Assembly (NCBI GenBank): GCA_042584005.1
Contig: JBHOTF010000004.1
Coordinates: forward strand, 4,151 to 68,150
Origin: Bacteroidota bacterium
GTDB taxonomy: Bacteria; Bacteroidota; Bacteroidia; Bacteroidales; JBHOTF01
Length of the DNA stretch: 64,000 nt
Reading direction: 5' to 3'
The first letter of the stretch is position 1, and the number at the start of each line of letters is the position of its first letter. A program made the translations under genes and the position numbers. Below, one piece after another: positions 18,181 through 26,691 of this stretch. Below the pieces are notes generated by a model that saw only the letters and a program-made list of their open reading frames with translations, had not been told where the DNA came from and ran no database searches.

Positions 18181-21100
18181 TTACTTAAATGCTTTTTCAG
18201 TCAGGCCGTCACCTTTAAGTGATAAACGCTCAAAATACTCAGGAACCTCTTTGCCGGTTAACTTGTCAACATACAATTTTGCCAGGTGCATGCCTAACAT
18301 AAAGCCCTGGCCTCGCAAACCGATAAACAATCCATGTTCAGGATCAATCAGCATTCTTGGTTCAACATAATAACCAGCCCATACAGCCTGGAATCCTACT
18401 GAAGAAAGATTTGGAAGCCAGTTAACAAATACTTCAGAAACAATCTCAATAAATTCCTTTGAATTGATTTTAAGGTTTTTGTCTGTTTCCATTGGTTCAA
18501 TAAGAGGTGATGCACAACCAATAATCTGGCCTGTGTCTCCTAATTGTTGCCCATATACAGCTGAGAATCCTTTGTATTTCCGACGGTCAATTAACATTGG
18601 TAATGGTATCCCATCAGTACCAAGCATAGGTAAACGCCGGGTAATGAATGCCTGGTGTTTTACAGGGAATATTCCTGTCTCAATACCCAATTGTTTGGCA
18701 AATACATCTCCTGTTGGCCCTAATGCATTTATAAATAGCGGTGTATGATATTCAATATATTCTTTCTCATGAGTTTTAACGAGAACTATATATACTTTTT
18801 CTTCTTTTCTAACATTAATTATTTCACAATCTTCCAGAATTGTGCCCCCTTTATTTTCTCCCATTTTTCTAATCAAATCAACAACTTTCCCGGGTGTTGC
18901 CTGCCAGCAGTTCCTTGTTATAAGTGCTGATTTGTATGTTCCTAATTCAGGATTTATAAATGGAGAAACTCTATTCTTGAAATCTTTTAATTCTATCATT
19001 TCACCATCAGACCAGCTAATGGAATCTTCCAGAGCTTTATACATTTCCTCATCATGAGCAAATGTCACATAATTTATTTGTCGGAAATCTATATTGCCAG
19101 CATCTTGTAAGTTCCTGAAAATTTCAAGATTATTATTAGCAATATCAGATAATTCCGGTATTGAGAAATTTGGACGACCACCAGCAATATTCCTCCAGCT
19201 GGCACCTCGCTTATAATTCACCATTAATGGTTTTTTTCCTGCTTCTGCCAGATAACGGAACAATGCGCTTCCGCCAATTCCGCCACCTGCAACAAATGAA
19301 TCAACTTTTACAGATTTAATTGATTTTTTATGATTTACTGTAATAATCTTTTCCTTTAGTTCGGAAGGATAAACTTCTCCTAATGTAACCTGGTTTGAAA
19401 GTGGCCCTCTTGGGGTAGCGTCACCTGTAACAGTAATTCCCATTGGAAATAGGATTTGTTTCAGCCTCCTGATGCATCTTTTTCCTCTGCATGCGCCCAT
19501 GCCCAAATGAGTTATATGTTTAATCTCATCAATTGAAATATATTTTCTGTTGCCAATTGCTTCAAGAATCTGTTCTAAATCAACATCATCGCAATGACAA
19601 ATATAAGTTTTCGAATCATTATCTTCATTAACAGGCTTAAACTCAAAGGGTTCCGGATAATTATCTTTAAGGATAAATCCCCTGATATTTGTAAGGTTTT
19701 CATCATGAACATCAATAGATTTAATTCTTACAATATCTGTTCTATTTCTTTTTTTAAGTACTTTCTCAATAACTCCGGTTCCTTGTTTTTGACCATTATT
19801 ATTAACAAGATATACTTCTGAACCTTCTCTAACTCTGTATTCTACAGGTAAAAAGAGCCAGTCTTTTTTAAAATTGTAACCGAAAATCGCCAGACCAGGG
19901 CATTGATAAACACAATTCATACATCCTGTACACATAGCAAAATCGATAACAGGTATTGTACTCGTTGAAGTTTTTGTTAAAGCTCCATGCTGGCAGGCAA
20001 ATTCACATGGGTTACAAGCAAATCCATGTAGGCAGTCGCTGACAACAAAAGGTCTTGCTCTCATCCTGTCAATAGATGGTAATTTTGGTTGGTCAATTAT
20101 TTGTGTTGGTTCCTGTTGGGAATCAATATATTCTTTTGAAGTTGTCAGATGATCATTATAGTTATAATTTGCCGATTTCTCATCTAAAATCTCCATAGCA
20201 GCTTGTTTTCCTCTTACAACAGCACTTGTGCCTTCTCCAATCCTTATAGCATCACCTGCTCCGAAGCACCATCTTCCAAATATCTCTTTTCCTTTAATAA
20301 GTAATGCATCATCAGAAACCAGTCCTGTACAAATATTTATTGCCTGAATATTGTCAATAAGTTTTTCAGTTCCGGGAATAGGCTTAAAATCTTTGCATTC
20401 AGCCACAATTGCTCCTGTAATACTGGTATGATCTTCATTTGGTACAGCTCTTATTATCATGTGAGAAAGAAATACAGGAATACCTATTCTTCTTACACGA
20501 TTTGCCTGAACCGGAAATCCACCTTCATGTGGCAAAGCTTCAACTATAGCCTTGACTTTTGCTCCAGCCTGAACTAATTGATAAGATGTAAGATATCCGA
20601 TATTTCCGGCTCCAATTGTCAGAACATTCTTTCCAAGAAGAGTATGCTCAGTATTCATCATCTTTTGAACCACTGCGGCAGTATAAACTCCCGGCAAATC
20701 GTCATTTTCAAATGTTGGAAGAAAAGGAACTGCGCCTGTTGCAACAACCAGAAAATCTGATTCTACGTAATAAACTTCTTCGGTTTTCAGATCTTTAACA
20801 GCAAGCCTTTTCCCTTCAAGAATATCCCATACTGTTGAATTGAGGAAAATATCTTCCTGATCTTCACCAGCCAGTGTTCTTGCAATATCAAATCCGCGCA
20901 TGCCCCCATATTTCTTTTCTTTTTCAAAAAAGAAAAATTGATGAGTCTGCATAAGAAATTGTCCGCCAATTCTGTCATTATTATCAATAACAATATTGCT
21001 AATATTGTGTTTATTAAGTTCTTCCCTGCATGCTAATCCAGCTGGCCCCGCACCAATTATCGCAACTTCAGTCTTGTAAACTTTAACAGATTCTTCTTTT

Positions 21101-21414
21101 ATAAAAATACTCTCTTCAGGAGAGTAATCTTTTGGTATTTCTCTTACCTCTTTTATGTTGTTAATTTTGGTAATACAGATACGTTTAATTTGTCCGTCAA
21201 CCAGCATTTCACAGGCCCCACATTTACCGATTCCACATTCGAGTCCCCTGTTTCTGTTTTTTAAACTATGACTATGTACAGGATATCCTGCCTGATGCAA
21301 TGCGGCGGCTATTGTATAACCCTTTTCACCTGAAAGAGTTTTTCCATCATATAAGAACTCGTGACGAGTTCTGTTTCTGGTATTTATAATAGGATGATTG
21401 GAAATTCGATTCAT
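18181..21414 (-). CDS. Fused multi-domain flavo-iron-sulfur oxidoreductase (2Fe-2S + FAD/NAD(P) pyridine-nucleotide oxidoreductase + 2x[4Fe-4S] + BFD-like 2Fe-2S + DAO-type FAD dehydrogenase)
   Basis: Motifs in order: ECGIGKCGACEM; VAIIGAGPAGLAC; VLTIGAGNIGYL; CNPCEFACQHG and CTGCMNCVYQCP; CHCDDV...GMGACRGKRC; VAGGGIGGSALF plus a sarcosine-oxidase-beta/HcnC-like C-terminus. Confidence 0.7.
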   Translation of the reverse strand: MNRISNHPIINTRNRTRHEFLYDGKTLSGEKGYTIAAALHQAGYPVHSHSLKNRNRGLECGIGKCGACEMLVDGQIKRICITKINNIKEVREIPKDYSPEESIFIKEESVKVYKTEVAIIGAGPAGLACREELNKHNISNIVIDNNDRIGGQFLMQTHQFFFFEKEKKYGGMRGFDIARTLAGEDQEDIFLNSTVWDILEGKRLAVKDLKTEEVYYVESDFLVVATGAVPFLPTFENDDLPGVYTAAVVQKMMNTEHTLLGKNVLTIGAGNIGYLTSYQLVQAGAKVKAIVEALPHEGGFPVQANRVRRIGIPVFLSHMIIRAVPNEDHTSITGAIVAECKDFKPIPGTEKLIDNIQAINICTGLVSDDALLIKGKEIFGRWCFGAGDAIRIGEGTSAVVRGKQAAMEILDEKSANYNYNDHLTTSKEYIDSQQEPTQIIDQPKLPSIDRMRARPFVVSDCLHGFACNPCEFACQHGALTKTSTSTIPVIDFAMCTGCMNCVYQCPGLAIFGYNFKKDWLFLPVEYRVREGSEVYLVNNNGQKQGTGVIEKVLKKRNRTDIVRIKSIDVHDENLTNIRGFILKDNYPEPFEFKPVNEDNDSKTYICHCDDVDLEQILEAIGNRKYISIDEIKHITHLGMGACRGKRCIRRLKQILFPMGITVTGDATPRGPLSNQVTLGEVYPSELKEKIITVNHKKSIKSVKVDSFVAGGGIGGSALFRYLAEAGKKPLMVNYKRGASWRNIAGGRPNFSIPELSDIANNNLEIFRNLQDAGNIDFRQINYVTFAHDEEMYKALEDSISWSDGEMIELKDFKNRVSPFINPELGTYKSALITRNCWQATPGKVVDLIRKMGENKGGTILEDCEIINVRKEEKVYIVLVKTHEKEYIEYHTPLFINALGPTGDVFAKQLGIETGIFPVKHQAFITRRLPMLGTDGIPLPMLIDRRKYKGFSAVYGQQLGDTGQIIGCASPLIEPMETDKNLKINSKEFIEIVSEVFVNWLPNLSSVGFQAVWAGYYVEPRMLIDPEHGLFIGLRGQGFMLGMHLAKLYVDKLTGKEVPEYFERLSLKGDGLTEKAFK

Positions 21415-21450
21415 TATGTTTTCATTTTTTAAAGCATGGCAAAATACAAA

Positions 21451-21469
21451 TTGAATTAGAAGAATTCAA
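21451..21469. promoter_or_regulatory. Perfect inverted repeat TTGAATT-AGAAG-AATTCAA (possible operator)
   Basis: Read directly. It lies between a minus-strand -7 candidate (21498-21505) and the oxidoreductase start at 21414. Confidence 0.3.
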
Positions 21470-21497
21470 TGATCATTGTCATTATTTTATAAACATG

Positions 21498-21505
21498 CAA
21501 AACTA
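21498..21505 (-). promoter_or_regulatory. Candidate -7 box TAGTTTTG (minus strand)
   Basis: The plus strand reads CAAAACTA, 84 nt upstream of the 1077-aa oxidoreductase start. Confidence 0.35.
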
Positions 21506-21717
21506 TGATAAATACTAACACCATTTTTATATGCTACAACAGAACTTATTTAATCATTGGTGTATTTCCATTTAGGGCAGTGTGAGGTTTTCATTATTAT
21601 ACATCCAAACTGCTTTTTTCAATGACTTTCTAAGTGATCTTCTGTTATTTAGTGCATAAGGATTAAGATAATTATGTTTTTCATCGCCCTTTCCTAAGAA
21701 TAATATTAAGAAAAAAT

Positions 21718-21725
21718 TATCTTTG
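21718..21725 (+). promoter_or_regulatory. Candidate -7 box TATCTTTG
   Basis: TAnnTTTG match 26 nt upstream of the TTG start of the RdhA-like gene. Confidence 0.45.
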
Positions 21726-21750
21726 TCAGTCATAAAAAACTGTTATACAA

Positions 21751-23106
21751 TTGGAAATCACAGAACTTAGTTTTTTACATATTAGCCTTATCATATTGGC
21801 TGCAATCATATTTATTGTTTTTTGTTGGTCAGCTTTAACTTTTATTGTTGAGAAAGAATGGAAAGCTACTACAAGATCATTAATTATTAGTTTATTATTG
21901 CCTATAATTATTCTTTTCCCGGTAATATTTGAATCTCCAATTAGCACAATAATAGGCTGGTGTTTATTATTAGTAATTTTATTGATTATTTTAATATTAT
22001 GTTTTCCGGTGAATTTTTTTTCCGGATATTCTGATCCGGAGCCTTCAGAAAAATATGATGAAAGAGATATTATGTTTTCACGAGGCGAATTAATCGAAGG
22101 AACAGAAAGATTTGAGAATTATTACAATGAAAAACCGGATGTTAAAAAATGGGATGATTTATTCAGGAGTAACCCGGGGTTGCTTTCAGAAAAAGCCTCA
22201 TATTATCATCCTCATTTTTTTACTTCTGCAAAGGCAAATTTTACTACCGTAAAAGCTCTTCATAGCCTAACCGATGGAGAAGTTTCTCCTGAGAAAACCA
22301 AATATGATCAGAAAGAATTAGTAAAGTATTTAAAAAACTGGGTAATTCATTGTGGTGCTCATTCTGTTGGAGTTACTCATCTTAAAGATTATCATCTTTA
22401 TAGTTATGGAGGAAGAATGCATAATTATGGTGTTAATACAAAAAACACCCACAAATTTGCTATTGCTCTTACTGTTGAGATGGATTATGATATGGTTGGG
22501 GCATCGCCCAAAGGGCCTGAAGTTAGTGAGTCTTCATATCAGTATTTAAAATCAGGAATAATTGCTGTACAGGTCGCATCTTTTATCAGGGAGTTGGGGT
22601 ATTCTGCAAGAGCTCATATAGATGCTCATTTTGAAGTTATTTGTCCTCTTGTTGCAAGAGATGCCGGGCTTGGGGAAATAGGGCGTATGGGTTTATTAAT
22701 GACACCACAGCTGGGCTCAAGAGTTCGTATTGTAGTTATTACTACCGAATTAGAATTACCTGTAGATAATAGAAAGCCTGATTACAGTGTAATAGAATTT
22801 TGTAAATTTTGTAATAAATGCACATATAATTGTCCTGTTACAGCAATACCGGAAAATGACAGGGAAAATATAAATAATGTTTTACGGTGGAAAATTAATT
22901 CCGAAGCTTGTTACACCTATTGGACAAAAATTGGAACAGATTGCGGAAAATGCATGATGGTTTGCCCTTATTCACACCCTGATTATCTTTTCCATAAGCT
23001 AATGAGATTTTTTATTAAAAGGTCTTTTGTGTTCAGAAGATTTGCTATTTATATGGACAACTTTTTTTATGCTAAAAAACCCAAAACTAAAGATTTCCGG
23101 TTTTAA
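21751..23106 (+). CDS. Membrane-anchored reductive-dehalogenase/QueG-superfamily Fe-S protein (RdhA-like)
   Basis: Three N-terminal TM helices and no twin-arginine motif. The RdhA-like core has GAHSVGVT, FIRELGYSA and ARDAGLGEIGRMGLL. Fe-S motifs are CKFCNKCTYNCP and C-x10-CGKCMMVCP. The start is TTG, so it is uncertain. Confidence 0.6.
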   Translation: MEITELSFLHISLIILAAIIFIVFCWSALTFIVEKEWKATTRSLIISLLLPIIILFPVIFESPISTIIGWCLLLVILLIILILCFPVNFFSGYSDPEPSEKYDERDIMFSRGELIEGTERFENYYNEKPDVKKWDDLFRSNPGLLSEKASYYHPHFFTSAKANFTTVKALHSLTDGEVSPEKTKYDQKELVKYLKNWVIHCGAHSVGVTHLKDYHLYSYGGRMHNYGVNTKNTHKFAIALTVEMDYDMVGASPKGPEVSESSYQYLKSGIIAVQVASFIRELGYSARAHIDAHFEVICPLVARDAGLGEIGRMGLLMTPQLGSRVRIVVITTELELPVDNRKPDYSVIEFCKFCNKCTYNCPVTAIPENDRENINNVLRWKINSEACYTYWTKIGTDCGKCMMVCPYSHPDYLFHKLMRFFIKRSFVFRRFAIYMDNFFYAKKPKTKDFRF

Positions 23107-23169
23107 AGTATTGTTTTTGGATTAATGAAGTATTTTTAACGAATTAATTATTGATAAAATAAGTATATT

Positions 23170-23781
23170 ATGAAAAAGTATTCAGGTATAATTAACATAA
23201 TATTATTAATTGCAGTTGTAATTCTCTATTTTTTCCATTTCTCCGGTGAAAGTGATAATGATGCAATTGGCAGTCAGACAGTTGTTCAGCCCCAGGTGCA
23301 AAATTCAACAACTACTCAATCAATAGTTTTTGTTAATGTTGATTCTTTACTGGCCAATTATTTATTATATACAGAACTAACAAACGAGTTAATAAAGGAA
23401 AGAGAAAGCATGGAAGCTGAGTTAAGCAGAAAAACTGCAGTTTTCGAAAAGGAAGTGCAGAATTTTCAGGATAAAGTGGAAAAAGTCCTTATTACAAGAG
23501 CAAATGCTAAAATAGTGGAAGCTGAACTAACAACAAAACAACAGGATTTACTGGTACTTAAAGATTCAATGGCTAATAAATTAATCGAAGATGAACAATC
23601 GATGAACCTAAGATTACACGATAATATTATTGCCGAAATTAATGAATATAATAAAACGAATAATTACCAATTTGTTTTAAGCAAAACATTTGGGGGAAGT
23701 ATATTATTTGGAAATGGTAATCTTGATATTACTAAAATTATCCTCGATCGTCTTAATGAAAAATATACTAAGTCGAAATAA
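23170..23781 (+). CDS. OmpH-family protein (third copy, N-terminal anchor)
   Basis: N-terminal hydrophobic segment and a Skp-like coiled-coil body (IVFVNVDSLLANY...). Confidence 0.6.
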   Translation: MKKYSGIINIILLIAVVILYFFHFSGESDNDAIGSQTVVQPQVQNSTTTQSIVFVNVDSLLANYLLYTELTNELIKERESMEAELSRKTAVFEKEVQNFQDKVEKVLITRANAKIVEAELTTKQQDLLVLKDSMANKLIEDEQSMNLRLHDNIIAEINEYNKTNNYQFVLSKTFGGSILFGNGNLDITKIILDRLNEKYTKSK

Positions 23782-23847
23782 TCATTTTTCAATCGGGTTT
23801 TGATTTTATAAATTACTCCATTAAGAGAAGTGTTAATATATTGACAA

Positions 23848-25104
23848 ATGTCATTTGCCAATAAATATTTGATGAGGCATTCAGTCTTTGATGCCATGAT
23901 TTCAGAACAACCTCAAAAAGATCTGAATTATATTGTTGTAATTCCGGTTTATTATGAACCTGATGTTATTTTGTCATTGGAATCGTTATACAATTGTAAA
24001 CCTGTAGAATCTTCTGTTGAAGTAATAATTATAATTAATTCCTCTTCCAATGCTGAAGATTATGTGAAAGATCAGAATAGAAAAACAGAGTCACACATAC
24101 ATAATTGGACAAAGAATCATAGAAATAATAAATTCAGATTTCATATTTTACATTTTCCCGATTTAGCCAAAAAATATGCAGGGGCCGGAATGGCCAGGAA
24201 AATTGGGATGGATATTGCCATTAGTAGATTTCACAGTATAAATAATCCTGAAGGAATTATTATTTCTTTTGATGCAGATAGTATTTGCGATAAAAATTAT
24301 TTTACTGAAATAGATAGAATATTTAAAAATAAACCTGAAACAAATGCCTGTACAATATACTTTGAACATCCATTTGAAGGTGAATTATTCGATAAGGACA
24401 TTTATGATGGTATTATCCATTATGAACTTTACATTCGTTATTACAAGCAATCATTACAATATACCGGTTTTCCATTTGCATATTATACCATAGGATCATG
24501 TTTTGCTGTGAAAGCAAAAGTATATGTTAAGCAGGGAGGAATGAATAGAAAAAAAGCAGGTGAAGATTTTTATTTTCTTAACAAAGTATTTCCTAAAGGA
24601 AATATTATCGAATTAAATTCGACCAGAGTTATTCCTTCACCACGGCCATCAAAGCGTGTGCCTTTTGGGACGGGCCCGGAAATTGAAAAATGGATTAAGG
24701 AAAAAAAACTCAATGTATATAATTTTCAGGCTTTTAAAGATTTGTCTGCATTTCTTCAAAAGTATGAGATATTCAGGCAAATAACAGATAAAGAAGAACA
24801 TATAAAAGAAGTGTCAGCTTTGCCTGATGCTATTGGACAGTTCCTTGTTAAAAATGACTTTTATAGTGAAATAAATATTATTAAAGCAGATTGTAAAACA
24901 GTTTCTTCTTTTGAAAAAAGGTTTTTTCAATGGTTTGACTCTTTTAAAGTGATAAAATATCTGAATTTTGCCCATGATAATTATTATTCAAAAACACCTG
25001 TTTGTTTGGCTGCAATTGAGTTTCTTGAGCATGTAGGAGTTGAAAAGCCTATTAAGGCAGATGCATTATACTTGTTGAAGATTTTCAGAAAATTAGAGCC
25101 TTAG
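23848..25104 (+). CDS. Family 2 glycosyltransferase
   Basis: IVVIPVYYEPD N-terminal GT-A motif and an FDADS (DxD-like) motif. The start could be the internal Met (MISEQ). Confidence 0.65.
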   Translation: MSFANKYLMRHSVFDAMISEQPQKDLNYIVVIPVYYEPDVILSLESLYNCKPVESSVEVIIIINSSSNAEDYVKDQNRKTESHIHNWTKNHRNNKFRFHILHFPDLAKKYAGAGMARKIGMDIAISRFHSINNPEGIIISFDADSICDKNYFTEIDRIFKNKPETNACTIYFEHPFEGELFDKDIYDGIIHYELYIRYYKQSLQYTGFPFAYYTIGSCFAVKAKVYVKQGGMNRKKAGEDFYFLNKVFPKGNIIELNSTRVIPSPRPSKRVPFGTGPEIEKWIKEKKLNVYNFQAFKDLSAFLQKYEIFRQITDKEEHIKEVSALPDAIGQFLVKNDFYSEINIIKADCKTVSSFEKRFFQWFDSFKVIKYLNFAHDNYYSKTPVCLAAIEFLEHVGVEKPIKADALYLLKIFRKLEP

Positions 25105-25105
25105 T

Positions 25106-25456
25106 TTATTCTTCTTCTGTAATTATATAAATATCCTCATCGTCTTTTTTCATAAGATAAGTTTCCCGGGCAAATTTTTCGAGGTTTTCTTTGCTGGATC
25201 GCAATTCATTGATTTGTGTTGAATCTGTTTTTATTCGCTCTATGTAATGTAATTTGTCTTTCTCTAATTCCCGTAATTTTGATGAGCTTTTTACTCTGAA
25301 AAGAAAATTACTCTGATCAAAAATGATCATCCATATACCAAAGATCATCAGTGTAAGAAAATATTTATTCTTAACAAAATTAAAACCTTTTGAAAAAAAA
25401 TCTTTTATCAACAAAATATAAATTACTATTGAAACAACAATCAAATGAAATTTCAT
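25106..25456 (-). CDS. Septum formation initiator (FtsB/DivIC-like)
   Basis: A single TM segment then a coiled coil. The tail ARETYLMKKDDEDIYII is typical of Bacteroidota FtsB-like proteins. Confidence 0.6.
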   Translation of the reverse strand: MKFHLIVVSIVIYILLIKDFFSKGFNFVKNKYFLTLMIFGIWMIIFDQSNFLFRVKSSSKLRELEKDKLHYIERIKTDSTQINELRSSKENLEKFARETYLMKKDDEDIYIITEEE

Positions 25457-25518
25457 TTAAATTTACGAACAATCAATAAACTGAAACAAAATATCTGTTT
25501 GATTCTTATTAAAAGTTT

Positions 25519-25722
25519 TTAACCGCCTGACATCATATGTAATACCATTACATTATCACCATCCTTAATATAAATGTCAGAATATTGTGGTCGTTTCACT
25601 AATTCGCCATTTATCCTTACTACTATAAGCCTAAATGTGAAATTTTTTAATCCCAATAATTCGGTAATTGATAATTTATCTTGTTTAAATTCTTCCGTCC
25701 TGTTATTTAAAATGATTTTCAT
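25519..25722 (-). CDS. ThiS/MoaD-family sulfur-carrier protein
   Basis: 67 aa, beta-grasp size, C-terminal Gly-Gly (...HMMSGG). Confidence 0.7.
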   Translation of the reverse strand: MKIILNNRTEEFKQDKLSITELLGLKNFTFRLIVVRINGELVKRPQYSDIYIKDGDNVMVLHMMSGG

Positions 25723-25774
25723 ATTCCTTCCTCACATTATATTTTAAACAAAATTTTACTAATATTTTTCTATG

Positions 25775-25782
25775 CAAATATA
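25775..25782 (-). promoter_or_regulatory. Candidate -7 box TATATTTG (minus strand)
   Basis: The plus strand reads CAAATATA, 53 nt upstream of the ThiS/MoaD-like start. Confidence 0.4.
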
Positions 25783-25786
25783 CAAA

Positions 25787-26494
25787 TTAACCCTGGTTTT
25801 TTGTAAAATATACTTTTCTTGAAAATGGAGAAAATGATTTTGTGCCACCTCCCTGGGAAATTTCTTTTAATATCTTCTGATCGTTGTTAGAAAAAATGCT
25901 TCCAAAAATAATACTCATATTTTTATACGATAGGATTTCTTTACACATAATAGATGAGGGGCCCAGAAGAAAAATTTTACAATTTTTATTTGTTGCTTCA
26001 ACTAATTCGCAAAAGCTATTATTAAAAATTGTTGTTGCAGATAAAATAAGTGCATCAGCTTCTGATATATATTCTACCTGGTTTTCAATATTAAGCACTT
26101 TCCTGTGATCTGTTTTTTTATCAAAAATGTTTAATTTTATTTTTTCTTTTCTGAATTTTCTAACCAGTGGGCCAAAATAACCAGTCATCACTATGTTTGA
26201 GAAATCCTTAAATTTTATTTTTTTAAAAATGTCACAATCTTCATTATATGTGTTTAAATAATTAAGTTGAGCATTATAATATGCATTTAAAATAATTCGG
26301 TGTTTTATATTATCCAGATCAGGATTTTTTAAATCGATTAAACTCAATTTGAATATTTTGTTGAGTGTGGAACATACTCCAATATTTCCGTTTTTTAAAA
26401 TGACAGCATGATATTTTTCTCCGCAAACAATATTTTGTATGCTGTTATGATCAAAACCATAGATATTATAAAGTGTTAATAAAGGTTCCTGCAT
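25787..26494 (-). CDS. DUF4213/DUF364-like Rossmann protein (putative metal-chelation domain)
   Basis: 235 aa. The pattern IVMTGYFGPLV ... ADALILSATTIFNNSF ... IFLLGPSS resembles the DUF364 family. It is divergent from AOR. Confidence 0.55.
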   Translation of the reverse strand: MQEPLLTLYNIYGFDHNSIQNIVCGEKYHAVILKNGNIGVCSTLNKIFKLSLIDLKNPDLDNIKHRIILNAYYNAQLNYLNTYNEDCDIFKKIKFKDFSNIVMTGYFGPLVRKFRKEKIKLNIFDKKTDHRKVLNIENQVEYISEADALILSATTIFNNSFCELVEATNKNCKIFLLGPSSIMCKEILSYKNMSIIFGSIFSNNDQKILKEISQGGGTKSFSPFSRKVYFTKNQG

Positions 26495-26645
26495 TTAATA
26501 GAAATTAATTGTCAAATTATTTGAAGCTTAAATATCGGTATTTATCTTATCAATGCCATTTTTTCATATAATTTAATAAGATTAATCGATGAAAAAACAT
26601 TGAGATAAATCATGTATAAAAAACAATGAGCTATAATAAATTTAC

Positions 26646-26653
26646 TATTTTTG
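26646..26653 (+). promoter_or_regulatory. Candidate -7 box TATTTTTG
   Basis: TAnnTTTG match 39 nt upstream of the AOR start. Confidence 0.45.
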
Positions 26654-26691
26654 TTGGTTAAGAATTTTTAGTTAGATGTCAAAATAAATAC

